Part shown: positions 1 to 9,320 of the stretch, piece by piece | How positions within the stretch are numbered: position 1 is the stretch's first letter | How the letters are laid out: every line of letters begins with the position of its first letter | Position numbers and translations under genes: made by a program | DNA from: Moheibacter sp. | Lineage (GTDB): Bacteria; Bacteroidota; Bacteroidia; Flavobacteriales; Weeksellaceae | Direction of reading: 5' to 3' | Length of the DNA stretch: 64,000 nt | NCBI GenBank assembly: GCA_047972025.1 | Contig: JBKEAG010000034.1 | Coordinates: forward strand, 4,626 to 68,625 | Notes under the pieces: model-generated | The model's database searches: none | What the model saw: only the letters and a program-made list of their open reading frames with translations | What the model was told of the DNA's origin: nothing

Positions 1-175
1 TATGCATTACTGCTTTTAATTCTTCTTCAGAAATATCTTTGGGAAGTACTTTTAGATTTTTAAATTGAGTGTTAGATTGAATTTCAACTCCTTTTTCAGG
101 TTGGCTTTCTATGAAGCTATAACTGATAAAAAAAACGAAAGAAAGGACTATCGAATAAATAAATTTTGTTTTCAT
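1..175 (-). CDS. N-terminal part of a secreted c-type cytochrome (reaction-centre cytochrome c subunit-like family); runs off the window edge
   Basis: Hand translation from ATG at 175: MKTKFIYSIVLSFVFFISYSF (signal-like)...QFKNLKVLPKDISEEELKAVMH. NLKVLPKDIS is typical of this Bacteroidota family; the CxxCH motif would lie outside the window. Confidence 0.6.
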   Translation of the reverse strand, partial: MKTKFIYSIVLSFVFFISYSFIESQPEKGVEIQSNTQFKNLKVLPKDISEEELKAVMH

Positions 176-264
176 AATCTCATAATTTTGACTATGAAAT
201 TACAATAAAAATGGTGGATTTCTATCTCTAATTTGAAATTTACATTTAGTCTAAATTAGCTGCT

Positions 265-1443
265 CTAGCCGAATAGGGCTACGGAACTACCAATCCAAAT
301 GGCATCTTTTTTATTGAAATCAACATTAACCATAGCTGCTTTGGTCATTCGAACTAAATTGACTGTCAAATCAGGGTTTTCTTGCTCAGGATGCCATAAA
401 TAGAGTAATCGGATTTCTGCTTTGGAAAACTCTCCATTTGCATCTTCAAACAAAGGTTCATACATAACTTTTCGTTGCAATATATAGTTTTCTTTATCTT
501 TAATTTGGTCTATTTCTCCTTGTTTTGGGTTTAGATTTACACCACTTCCGGCAAAAGAAAATAAAGGTTTCAGTACAAAATCTCTTAAATTTTCTTGATT
601 TGGAAACTCATGTAAATAATAGCTTTTGGGAATAAATTCATGTTCTAATTTAGGTAATATATATTTTGAAACTTTGAAAAACCAATTGGGATGCGTAACC
701 CACTCTACATCCAATTCTTCTCTAAAATCAAATGTCAAATTTAAATTAGGAATTTTTTCCAACTCGTCAAAAATTACCCGATTGTAAATTCGGTGAATTG
801 GTGTTTTCATTCCATTACAGGTATAAAAAAGTTTCTTCCCTTCTTTGGCTATCTGGGTAAGGCACACTGTTTTTATTCCCAAAAAGTTTTCAGTAACTTT
901 GAAGTCAATGTTGGTTTTTTGTTTCTCAGGGAAAATTTCCAATAAAATTACGTTCTCCGGATTTTCATTTCCAATGATAATTTTTTTTAATTTTTCTATA
1001 TAATTTGATTGGCTTGGTGTTGTTTTTAAATGCCCCAAAAACGGGTAAACTCTTGCCAAAATATCTTCATATATAAACTGAAACCCAAACAAACTCGGAA
1101 AAGCCTGAAGTTCTATCAGTTTTGGTGAGATTTCACCTTTTTCATCTCTACAAACACCAAAATCTATGGCTAAAAAATGAGGTTTCTGTGTATCATTCGG
1201 TACATAACAATTTTTTGGAATTGCCTTTTGTAGTTCATCATCTGAAAAACTTTTGATTTGCTTGATAATTGATTCAGAAACGTTTAACAATTTATCTCGA
1301 AAAGATTTTGGTAAAAATATCGGACTTTCTGACAATCTGAATCCCGTTTTTCCACCTATTTCAGATAAAATTAAATCTTGTACTTTTTGGTAATTTTCAA
1401 CTGAAAACTGTTGGTTAAATTCGTTTCTGTATTTTTTAATCAT
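265..1443 (-). CDS. Circularly permuted ATP-grasp-like amide ligase (glutathionylspermidine/eukaryotic glutathione synthetase-like order)
   Basis: Motif order HFLAIDFGV..KLIELQAFPS, then VLKPLFSFAGSGV, then YILQRKV, matches the permuted ATP-grasp arrangement. Confidence 0.65.
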   Translation of the reverse strand: MIKKYRNEFNQQFSVENYQKVQDLILSEIGGKTGFRLSESPIFLPKSFRDKLLNVSESIIKQIKSFSDDELQKAIPKNCYVPNDTQKPHFLAIDFGVCRDEKGEISPKLIELQAFPSLFGFQFIYEDILARVYPFLGHLKTTPSQSNYIEKLKKIIIGNENPENVILLEIFPEKQKTNIDFKVTENFLGIKTVCLTQIAKEGKKLFYTCNGMKTPIHRIYNRVIFDELEKIPNLNLTFDFREELDVEWVTHPNWFFKVSKYILPKLEHEFIPKSYYLHEFPNQENLRDFVLKPLFSFAGSGVNLNPKQGEIDQIKDKENYILQRKVMYEPLFEDANGEFSKAEIRLLYLWHPEQENPDLTVNLVRMTKAAMVNVDFNKKDAIWIGSSVALFG

Positions 1444-1453
1444 ATAAGGTTTG

Positions 1454-2341
1454 TCAAAGTTTTATTTTTAATCGTTTGGTTTTAACTTTCATTTCATCAC
1501 TTTTTTCTAAATCTTTTCTATAATCAGTAATTTTCTGAAAGGCTTCTGCCAAGAATCTTGGAATTATTTGTGCTTGTGTTTTTACAATTTTGTCCTCATC
1601 ATCAATCCGGTCAACTGTCTCTTTGTATTTGTGCAAACCATAATTTTTGATCATAGTTTGTTTGTTGTTTTCATCTTTTAAATTTTCTAAAAACCCTTGT
1701 GAATCTGCCTCCGGGTGAAACTGTGTTCCAAATATTTCGTTTGAAAAGCGAATTGCCATCACAGCTCTTTCTAAATCTATATGTGGACGGAGTTTTTCCA
1801 GTGCTACAATTTTCATCCCCATTTCGTTTAACTGATCATCATTGGGCTGTACACATTGATAAGCTCTAGAATCGATTGCCCAAAAAGGGTCTGCTAAATT
1901 TTTAAATAAATATTCATCTTTGCCTTCTTCTGTTTTATGAATTGGCATAACTCCAAATGAGTATGATTTACGTGTATTTACCGTTGCCAAATTCCAATGA
2001 ATAACGGCCAACTGAAATGAATGACAGATGAGAAAAGCATATTTTTTATCTTCATTTTCTAGATTGTATTCCCAAAGATTTTCTAGAAATTGTGTATATT
2101 TTTCTTCCCAAATGAAACCCTCTCTATGTGGTGTACCCGGTCCTCCTGAGGAAATAAAAATGTCATAATCTTTGACTTTTGGAACTGAACAACTATAACG
2201 TACATTAAATTCATCTATCTGAACTTCTTCTTTTGATGTTTTTTTAAATGCTTTTACTAAATCAGTTATGTTTTTCATCCCTTGGTTAGGGTGATTATTG
2301 TTCATATCCAAAAGGGCAATTCTAATCTCTTTCGTATTCAT
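1454..2341 (-). CDS. Class I glutamine amidotransferase-like protein
   Basis: ISSGGPG, nucleophile ICHSFQ and QFHPE triad motif; ATG at 2341 preferred over TTG at 2353. Confidence 0.85.
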   Translation of the reverse strand: MNTKEIRIALLDMNNNHPNQGMKNITDLVKAFKKTSKEEVQIDEFNVRYSCSVPKVKDYDIFISSGGPGTPHREGFIWEEKYTQFLENLWEYNLENEDKKYAFLICHSFQLAVIHWNLATVNTRKSYSFGVMPIHKTEEGKDEYLFKNLADPFWAIDSRAYQCVQPNDDQLNEMGMKIVALEKLRPHIDLERAVMAIRFSNEIFGTQFHPEADSQGFLENLKDENNKQTMIKNYGLHKYKETVDRIDDEDKIVKTQAQIIPRFLAEAFQKITDYRKDLEKSDEMKVKTKRLKIKL

Positions 2342-2360
2342 TCTTCTATTCAAATTTTTG

Positions 2361-2368
2361 CAAATTTA
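2361..2368 (-). promoter_or_regulatory. Bacteroidota housekeeping -7 promoter element TAAATTTG (internal to the ligase operon)
   Basis: Exact TAnnTTTG match about 20 nt upstream of the GATase ATG. Confidence 0.55.
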
Positions 2369-2387
2369 CGGAACTTATAATGAAATT

Positions 2388-3497
2388 CTATTCATCTAAA
2401 TCCAGTCCTTTTTCTGTTTCAAGAATCATGTAATCTACCACTTTTTGTAAATCTCCCGACTCTTTGAATACTTTTAATTGCCGGTCTGCTCCTGTTCCCA
2501 TTTTTATGATTTCACGTGCATAAGCTACTTCATCTCTACAACCTAATTCATCAACTACATCATCTATAAATACCAAAAGTTCTTCCAATAAATCTTTGTA
2601 CGGTACACTTTTTTCTTTTCCAAAATCAATTAATTCTGAATCAATCCCATCTTTGGAAGCACGCCATTTATTTTCTGTAAGAAGTAATCTACGGTATCCT
2701 CTGAAACTTGTATTTTGCTGGTGCATTTTGTGAATTTTCGCAACTAGACTTTGCATTATTGCTGCTAAACAAACTGTTTCATCAATCGTCAAAGGCATGT
2801 CACAAATACGAAATTCTATGGTTGGATAAAATGGATGAACTCGCAAATCCCACCAAATTTTCTTTGCATTGTCTATGGTTCCGGTTTTAATCATCAAATC
2901 TATATAAGAATCAAACTCTGCAACACTTGAAAAGTAGCTGGGTAATCCGGTTCTTGGGAATTTGGCAAAAATTTCATGACGGTAAGATTTAAACCCTGTA
3001 TTTCGCCCAATCCAAAAAGGAGCGTTGGTCGAAAGTGCGTAAATATGGGGTAGAAAATAGCGCATCACGTTTTGGATACGGATTCCTTCTTCACGATTGG
3101 GAATACCAACATGAACATGTAAACCAAAAATTAAGTTTTCCCGTGCTACATCTCCCATATCGCTTACCAATTTGTCATACCTAGCATGTTTGGTAATGGA
3201 GTTTCTTTTCCAATCAGAGAATGGGTGAGTTCCACCACCAGAAACTCTCAAGCCGTTATCCCTAGCTGTTTTCACCAATCGAGTTCGCAGAGAGGTAAGC
3301 TCTTCTCTTGCTTGTTTTACATTTTCGCAAATACCTGTTTCCATTTCTACTACCGATTCGTGCATTTCGTGTTTTACACTTTCGTTTAAAACGGATTTTC
3401 CACCTTCAATTATTTTTGAAACGTGCGAAACCAAGTCTCTCGTTTTGGCATCTATGATTTGGTATTCTTCCTCTATACCTATGGTAAACTTGTGCAT
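2388..3497 (-). CDS. ybdK: Carboxylate-amine ligase, YbdK/GCS2 (glutamate--cysteine ligase family 2)
   Basis: TIGIEEEYQII, GGTHPF, FGLHVHVG, WWDLR and TIEFRICD motifs. Confidence 0.9.
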   Translation of the reverse strand: MHKFTIGIEEEYQIIDAKTRDLVSHVSKIIEGGKSVLNESVKHEMHESVVEMETGICENVKQAREELTSLRTRLVKTARDNGLRVSGGGTHPFSDWKRNSITKHARYDKLVSDMGDVARENLIFGLHVHVGIPNREEGIRIQNVMRYFLPHIYALSTNAPFWIGRNTGFKSYRHEIFAKFPRTGLPSYFSSVAEFDSYIDLMIKTGTIDNAKKIWWDLRVHPFYPTIEFRICDMPLTIDETVCLAAIMQSLVAKIHKMHQQNTSFRGYRRLLLTENKWRASKDGIDSELIDFGKEKSVPYKDLLEELLVFIDDVVDELGCRDEVAYAREIIKMGTGADRQLKVFKESGDLQKVVDYMILETEKGLDLDE

Positions 3498-3538
3498 AGC
3501 CGCAATATTTTTAGGTTTAACTCGTGCTTTTTAGTCAT

Positions 3539-4483
3539 TTATCCGGTAACGAAATTCCCCCACTCTATTCTTGATTTTCCGGGTTTGTATCCTTTTGCTT
3601 TTTCAATTGCCAATTTGGCTGCGTGTTCTACAATCCATTCAAAGTTTTCTTCTCCTACCGAATTTTTATCTGCATCCGGTGCAGGGTTACAAAAATCAAT
3701 AGCATACGGGATTCCATCTCGTACGGCAAACTCTACTGTATTGAAATCATAACCTAAGGCTTCATTCATTTTTAGTGTATACTCTTCTATTGTTTTTAGT
3801 AATTTCTCTAGTTTTTTCCCCTCTGTTTTGTGAGTTGTAGCATAACGTAAATGATGTGGATTACGTGGTTCATATGGCATGATGTGTACATATTTTTTTC
3901 CTAAACAATAAACACGGTAATAGTCTTCAAATTCTATTTCTTCCTGAACCATCATTACCAATTGTTCGGTTTCTGAAAGTTTATTCCACATATCTTCCGG
4001 GTTTTCTACGCGATATACATTTCGCCAACCTCCACCATCATGTGGTTTCATATAAGCCGGAAACCCTATGTAGTCAAATATATAATCCCAGTCAAACGGA
4101 AATTTTAGATTGCGAAATGATGTTTCTTCTGTATTTTCCGGACGTTCGTGTGACGGGAGTAAAACCGTTTTTGGAAGTGGGATTCCTAATTTTGACATCA
4201 AACAATTATTGAAAAATTTCTCATCTGCACTCCACCAAAAAGGATTGTTTATAACATACGTTCCGTTTAGTGCTGCATTTTTCAGATATGCTCTGTAAAA
4301 AGGTACATCTTGAGAAATTCGGTCAATAATAACAGCATAGCCATAGTCTGCTCCTTGTTCTAATTTGTCTATTTGAACTGGTTCTGCTTCTATTTTTCCT
4401 CTACTTAATTTTTTTACTCGGTCAATAAAAGCCCATGGAAAAGTGTCTTCCATTCCAAATAAAATTCCAATTTTCTTAGCCAT
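3539..4483 (-). CDS. ATP-grasp ligase, RimK/glutathione synthetase-like
   Basis: IIDRIS, VINNP, DEKFF, FPAYMKPHDGGGW, MMVQEEI and VEFAVRDGIPYAIDFCNP motifs. Confidence 0.85.
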   Translation of the reverse strand: MAKKIGILFGMEDTFPWAFIDRVKKLSRGKIEAEPVQIDKLEQGADYGYAVIIDRISQDVPFYRAYLKNAALNGTYVINNPFWWSADEKFFNNCLMSKLGIPLPKTVLLPSHERPENTEETSFRNLKFPFDWDYIFDYIGFPAYMKPHDGGGWRNVYRVENPEDMWNKLSETEQLVMMVQEEIEFEDYYRVYCLGKKYVHIMPYEPRNPHHLRYATTHKTEGKKLEKLLKTIEEYTLKMNEALGYDFNTVEFAVRDGIPYAIDFCNPAPDADKNSVGEENFEWIVEHAAKLAIEKAKGYKPGKSRIEWGNFVTG

Positions 4484-4528
4484 ATAGTTTTATTTTAAAG
4501 GTTTTAATTTTTTATTTAATTATTTAAA

Positions 4529-5242
4529 TCAGCCAAAATAGGCTTCAACAAAGCGTGGAAAAACCATTCGCCACAGTGGCCAATCGTGCTTAATCCATCT
4601 AGCTTCATCATACCAACAGTTGATTCCTTTGGTATTTAAAATTCCTGTCATTTGTTTTGTTTGTTCTAGACATATATCCCAGTCTGAAGTACTCAACACA
4701 ATGTTCATGTGTTTGTATTTCCATGCGGTATCATTTTGCACAAATTCTTCCGGACAATTGAAATAGACCATTTCACCATCATATCCTTTCATAAAATTCC
4801 GAATAGAAAATGCACCACTCAAGCAAAATAGATGCGATACCAAATCAGGAAAACGAAATGCAAAGTTTGCTGCATGATAGCCTCCAAAACTTGCTCCGGC
4901 AACTGCTACACGGTGTGTTTGATGTGTTTTTTGAATAAATGGAATGAACTCCTGTACCAAAAAGCGCATGTACAATTCATAGTTGTAAATTCGTTCATGA
5001 GGTGATAAGTAATCTGCATAGAAACTTTTAGCATCTATGGTTTGAAGGTTGTACAGCTTCAAAGTTCCGGCGTCTGTAAATTTTGAAATGCTATCATTTA
5101 AATAAAAATCTGCATTCTGCGTATAGTTTCCTTGTGACGTTGGAAACATAATGACCGGATAACCGAAGTGTCCTGTGACTTCTACTTTTATACTCATCCC
5201 AAGTATATGGGAGTAATAGTCTGTGTGTTCGATTTGTGGCAT
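4529..5242 (-). CDS. Putative esterase (alpha/beta hydrolase, Esterase/antigen-85-like family)
   Basis: GASFGG nucleophile elbow, FPTS motif and C-terminal HDWPLW. Confidence 0.85.
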   Translation of the reverse strand: MPQIEHTDYYSHILGMSIKVEVTGHFGYPVIMFPTSQGNYTQNADFYLNDSISKFTDAGTLKLYNLQTIDAKSFYADYLSPHERIYNYELYMRFLVQEFIPFIQKTHQTHRVAVAGASFGGYHAANFAFRFPDLVSHLFCLSGAFSIRNFMKGYDGEMVYFNCPEEFVQNDTAWKYKHMNIVLSTSDWDICLEQTKQMTGILNTKGINCWYDEARWIKHDWPLWRMVFPRFVEAYFG

Positions 5243-5260
5243 ATATTGTTTGTTTTATTT

Positions 5261-6466
5261 TTAAGCTGTTGGTTTGTCAGTCGGTGGTAAAATGCTCAAT
5301 AGTTCTGATGTGATATAGAAAGTAGCTTCATCTAGTCGTTTTTTTACTTTATCCGCTTTGTCTGCTTTATAGACAATTCCTATATGATAATCTTTGGGCA
5401 AAAAACGGTCAACTTCCTCACACTTAAAAGGTTCTCTATCAGGATTTTTATCTTTTACCAAAGAGACTATAAGTCCGGCATAAAGTTTATGTGCTTCTTT
5501 TACATTGTACTTTTCTGCTCTCAATAGTGCATTTTCCATCTTTGCCCATTCTTTCCAAATATTGACTCCAGTAGCAGCTTCTATCATATCAGGAATATGT
5601 GCTCCACCTACTCGGGAAGATGTTTCTAGAAAATAGAACTTACCGTCTTTTCCTTTTATAAATTCACTATGTGTTGCTCCGTATTTTATTCCAAAATTGG
5701 TCAATAATTCTTGGTTTATTTTCTTTAGAGCTATGGCATCTTTTGTTCTTTTTCCTAAAGTTACGGTTTGGAAAACTCCTCCCTCATGTGAGACTTTCAT
5801 AGGTGGAGCTAAATATTTAGAATAACATGTAAATACAACTTTCCCCTCATAGATTAAACAATCAACGTGGTAAACATCTCCCGGTTTGAATGCTTCTATC
5901 AAATAGTGGATTCTTTCTTCTCCTAATTTTTCTAGTTCATTTTCTAATTCTCGTACATTATGCACTTTTTTGATTCCACTTGCTGAGGCTTCGGATCTTG
6001 GTTTTAATACCCATGGAGCCGGTATCTCTTCTGTAAATCGTTTTAATTTTTGATTGTTAAAAATAGCTGAAAATTCAGGAATGGAAATTCCACTATCCTG
6101 TGCTTTTTGGCGCATTGCTAATTTATCTCTAAAGTAACGATGTGTTGTTTGCCCCATACCGGGAATCCTAAAAGTTTCGCGAATCAATGCTGCTTTTTCT
6201 ACATCAAAATCATCTAGAGCTACTACAGTATCTACTTCATGAACACGCATGAGATAAGAAAATCCCTGTACAAAGTGATCTAAATTCCAAATGGATTTAT
6301 CAATTTCCGGCATATAATAGACTTCATCAATTGATTCCCATGGCCAATTTTCTTCTTTTAAATTTTCGGAAGTAATCAAAATCACCTTGTTTCCTATTTC
6401 TTTACAAGTGACCATAAAATCATATCCTTTGTAATAACTAGATATACAGACAATTACTTTCTCCAT
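5261..6466 (-). CDS. ATP-grasp domain protein (L-amino-acid ligase-like)
   Basis: FRDKLAMRQ, PWVLKPRSEASASGI, THSEF and YFLETSSRVGGA; start moved to ATG 6466 (MEKVIV) to avoid overlap with the upstream gene. Confidence 0.85.
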   Translation of the reverse strand: MEKVIVCISSYYKGYDFMVTCKEIGNKVILITSENLKEENWPWESIDEVYYMPEIDKSIWNLDHFVQGFSYLMRVHEVDTVVALDDFDVEKAALIRETFRIPGMGQTTHRYFRDKLAMRQKAQDSGISIPEFSAIFNNQKLKRFTEEIPAPWVLKPRSEASASGIKKVHNVRELENELEKLGEERIHYLIEAFKPGDVYHVDCLIYEGKVVFTCYSKYLAPPMKVSHEGGVFQTVTLGKRTKDAIALKKINQELLTNFGIKYGATHSEFIKGKDGKFYFLETSSRVGGAHIPDMIEAATGVNIWKEWAKMENALLRAEKYNVKEAHKLYAGLIVSLVKDKNPDREPFKCEEVDRFLPKDYHIGIVYKADKADKVKKRLDEATFYITSELLSILPPTDKPTA

Positions 6467-6476
6467 AACCGTAATT

Positions 6477-7910
6477 TTATGTGTTATTTGAATTTGTTTT
6501 TGAAAAATTTTGAATGAAGTCCAACAATAGTTGGACACCATATCCGGTTGCTGCTTTTTCTCTCGTATAATGCACATTACCAAAGGCTACTCCTGCTATA
6601 TCTAGATGCGCCCAATTGGTATGTCCTTCTATGAATTGTTCTAAAAATTTACCTGCTACAATACAGTCTCCAAAAGGCTTTGATGAAATATTCTTATAAT
6701 CTGCTACATCTGATTTAAAATCATCCAACCATACATCCCACAAAGGCATATTCCAAAGTCGTTGATTGGTTTTATCAGCAGATTTTTCCAGTTCTATTTT
6801 TAAATTTTTATTGTTTGAAAAATAAGCTCCGCAAGTGTAACCAAACATTCGGACAGAACTTCCGGTAAGTGTTGCCAAATCTAGCATCACATCTGTTTTG
6901 TGGTTTTTGGATAAATATGAAAGTCCGTCTGCTAAGGTCATTCGTCCTTCTGCATCAGTATTGAGTATTTCAATTGTTTTTCCGTTGTAAGCCGTAATTA
7001 CATCACTTGGCAAATAGGCTTTTTCCGAAACAGCATTGTCTGTAATTGGTAATATAGCAGTTATATTGACTGGTAATTTCATCTGAGCAGCAGCAAATAA
7101 AGCTCCTATAACCGCACTAGCTCCACCCATATCACTTTTCATATAGTGCATATTACTTGATGGTTTGATGGAAATCCCTCCCGTATCAAATAGCACACAT
7201 TTTCCTACCAAACCTATGTTTGGAGCCTCTTTTCCGCCACCTTTATATTCCATAATTGTAAAAGCTGCCTCATGTGCACTTCCCTGATTTACTGCTAAAA
7301 ACGCTCCTAGTCCCTTAGCTTCACTTTGTTTTCGATTAAGTGCTTTGTAGGAAATCTTCAGTCGCTTACACTCTGACTTTAGAAAGTCTGAAATTTGTTC
7401 TGTTGTTTTGAAATTTGCTGGTTTATTTAACCAATCCATCCCTGTAAACTGACCGCTACAAAGTGCTTCTGTTTGAATTGTTAATTGTTCTAGAAATGGT
7501 TTATCCGCATTAGGAAATTGAATTTGAAATTTTTCATTCCAAAAAGGGTGTGATTTTTTAAACGGATAGACATACGTTCCTAAAAATAATCCTTTGACAA
7601 ATTCTGCAAATTGGTCATTTGTTAAATTTCCCTTAACCGTTGTCGGTATAGATTGAAATTTGTCTTTAAAATCATTGGAAAATTTATTTGCTACCGATTG
7701 AAAAATATGGTTTTCTAAATCCGATTTTTTCCCTAGTCCAATTAAATAATCAACCGAAGTATCCGAAACATCTATAAATAGCTCATTTCTTTTTCCTGAA
7801 AAAAGTTTTTTTAATTGTTTAAATTCTACCTTTTCTTTCGTCCAATCTTCTTCCGAAAAAAGATGAAAATTTTGTTTTGTCTTTGCCTTTTTTGTATTTA
7901 TTTTAATCAT
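6477..7910 (-). CDS. Leucyl aminopeptidase, peptidase M17
   Basis: LVGKCVLFDTGGISIKP, MKSDMGGA, NTDAEGRMTLAD, DLATLTGS and WAHLDIAG. Confidence 0.92.
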   Translation of the reverse strand: MIKINTKKAKTKQNFHLFSEEDWTKEKVEFKQLKKLFSGKRNELFIDVSDTSVDYLIGLGKKSDLENHIFQSVANKFSNDFKDKFQSIPTTVKGNLTNDQFAEFVKGLFLGTYVYPFKKSHPFWNEKFQIQFPNADKPFLEQLTIQTEALCSGQFTGMDWLNKPANFKTTEQISDFLKSECKRLKISYKALNRKQSEAKGLGAFLAVNQGSAHEAAFTIMEYKGGGKEAPNIGLVGKCVLFDTGGISIKPSSNMHYMKSDMGGASAVIGALFAAAQMKLPVNITAILPITDNAVSEKAYLPSDVITAYNGKTIEILNTDAEGRMTLADGLSYLSKNHKTDVMLDLATLTGSSVRMFGYTCGAYFSNNKNLKIELEKSADKTNQRLWNMPLWDVWLDDFKSDVADYKNISSKPFGDCIVAGKFLEQFIEGHTNWAHLDIAGVAFGNVHYTREKAATGYGVQLLLDFIQNFSKTNSNNT

Positions 7911-9031
7911 TTTCCTTTTACGTTTTTTACATTTTTAAGGATTTCTACCGGGTCTTCCTGACTGTCAAAGAACAGCCATTCTATTGCTTTTGGGAACTCT
8001 TGTGACCAAAAAAACTCTTGGTGTTCACCGTCTTCATTTACTGCCGTTTTTACCTCAAAATCAAATAAATCTTGCTGTTCCCACTGTTCCATAGCCTGTT
8101 CAAACATTTTGATTCGTTCAATCATTTTTGAACCTTCTTTTTCTCCACCGTATAAATAAACTTTGGTTTTGAATATATGCTGAAAACTGAGCATGGGGAA
8201 ATTGTTCTCCGGTTCTACCCATAGAGATGGAGAAAACAGCATCAATTTAGAATAGACTTCCGGATACAAAAATCCTCCATAAATACTAATCAACGCTCCT
8301 AGCGAGCTCCCTCCTATCCCTGTATTTTCTCGGTCTTTTTTTGTTCTGTATTTTAAATCAACAAAGGGTTTCAACGTATCGGTAATAAAACGGATATATT
8401 TCTTTCCTTCTGCATTTTCAGTCAGTTTTGGGTTTTCAAAAACATATTCTTTGATTCGGTCATCAGACCCATGTTCTACTGCAATCACAATCACGTCTCC
8501 TCTACCATATTCTGCCAAAATGGATAGTTTTTTATCTATCTCCCAGTTTCCAAATGCTGAATTTTCGTTAAATAAATTTTGTGCATCTTGTAGGTACAGA
8601 ACCGGATATTTTTTATTGGTCTGATAATAATTATAGGGTAATAATGCCCAAATTTTTCGGTATTTGTCTAACTGTGGTATATAGAATTTTTCATCTATCA
8701 GTTCTACAATTGGATTAAATTCATCTTTGAACGGTCCCCAGTTTAACCTCCACTTTACAACTTTATCTTTGGTTTTTCTTTTTGATTTTTCAACTTTTCG
8801 ATTGGGGGTAATATTTCCATATTTATCCAACTCTACATTTTCCCAACCGCCTTTGGTAAATTTATACTCAATCAAATTTGGAAGAAGCGTGTCGTCTATT
8901 TTTATATAATACAATCCCTCGTCGATTTCTTCTAGTTTAAAATCGGTATTCTTTGGATTCCATTTGATAAAATTTCCAGTAATGTAAACCGGACGATTAT
9001 CTATTTCAGTCGTCTCAAGAAAAAACTCCAT
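7907..9031 (-). CDS. Alpha/beta hydrolase (Esterase family) with N-terminal CBM20/CBM48-like carbohydrate-binding domain
   Basis: N-terminal VYITGNFIKWNP...IEYKFTKGGWENVE..G...PNR; catalytic domain YPVLYLQDAQNLF, GGSSLGA, HQEFFW. ATGA overlap with the M17 gene. Confidence 0.8.
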   Translation of the reverse strand: MEFFLETTEIDNRPVYITGNFIKWNPKNTDFKLEEIDEGLYYIKIDDTLLPNLIEYKFTKGGWENVELDKYGNITPNRKVEKSKRKTKDKVVKWRLNWGPFKDEFNPIVELIDEKFYIPQLDKYRKIWALLPYNYYQTNKKYPVLYLQDAQNLFNENSAFGNWEIDKKLSILAEYGRGDVIVIAVEHGSDDRIKEYVFENPKLTENAEGKKYIRFITDTLKPFVDLKYRTKKDRENTGIGGSSLGALISIYGGFLYPEVYSKLMLFSPSLWVEPENNFPMLSFQHIFKTKVYLYGGEKEGSKMIERIKMFEQAMEQWEQQDLFDFEVKTAVNEDGEHQEFFWSQEFPKAIEWLFFDSQEDPVEILKNVKNVKGK

Positions 9032-9174
9032 ATGATATTGCCCTAAATTGTGTTAAAAATTTCTTAAATATATTGATTCCTTTGATAATTTCAAGTTTTT
9101 ACTTTGATTTTTTTTTATAAAAATAATTTTAGTATACGATAAGAATTACCTTATAGTTATTGAACTGAGTCATC

Positions 9175-9207
9175 AGACCTCGCAGATTTTAAAAACCTAC
9201 GAGGTCT
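9175..9207. repeat. REP-like extragenic palindrome (AGACCTCG...ATTTTAAAAA...CGAGGTCT)
   Basis: 8-bp perfect outer stem plus imperfect inner stem; core AGATTTTAAAAA is shared with 34364-34375. Confidence 0.55.
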
Positions 9208-9258
9208 TGTCTGAAAATAATTTTAGGGGGGGGGAAGTTATATGTCTATATTCTAATT

Positions 9259-9294
9259 AAAAAAACCTTCCAAATTTTGAAATTTAGAAGGTTT
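9259..9294 (-). terminator. Rho-independent terminator of purH
   Basis: Minus strand AAACCTTCTAAATTT..AATTTGGAAGGTTT stem followed by a T-run, just downstream of the purH stop. Confidence 0.7.
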
Positions 9295-9320
9295 ACGATA
9301 TTATTTTATCATTTTACTTA

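Noticed and set aside
6467..6583. 39-aa N-terminal extension of the ATP-grasp ORF in the ORF track
   Set aside because: Overlaps the M17 peptidase C-terminus; ATG 6466 after a short gap is more plausible.
9226..9234. G9 homopolymer in AT-rich intergenic DNA as a phase-variation tract
   Set aside because: Lies ~195 bp upstream of the ligase operon start, outside any ORF or recognisable promoter spacer; no mechanism evident.
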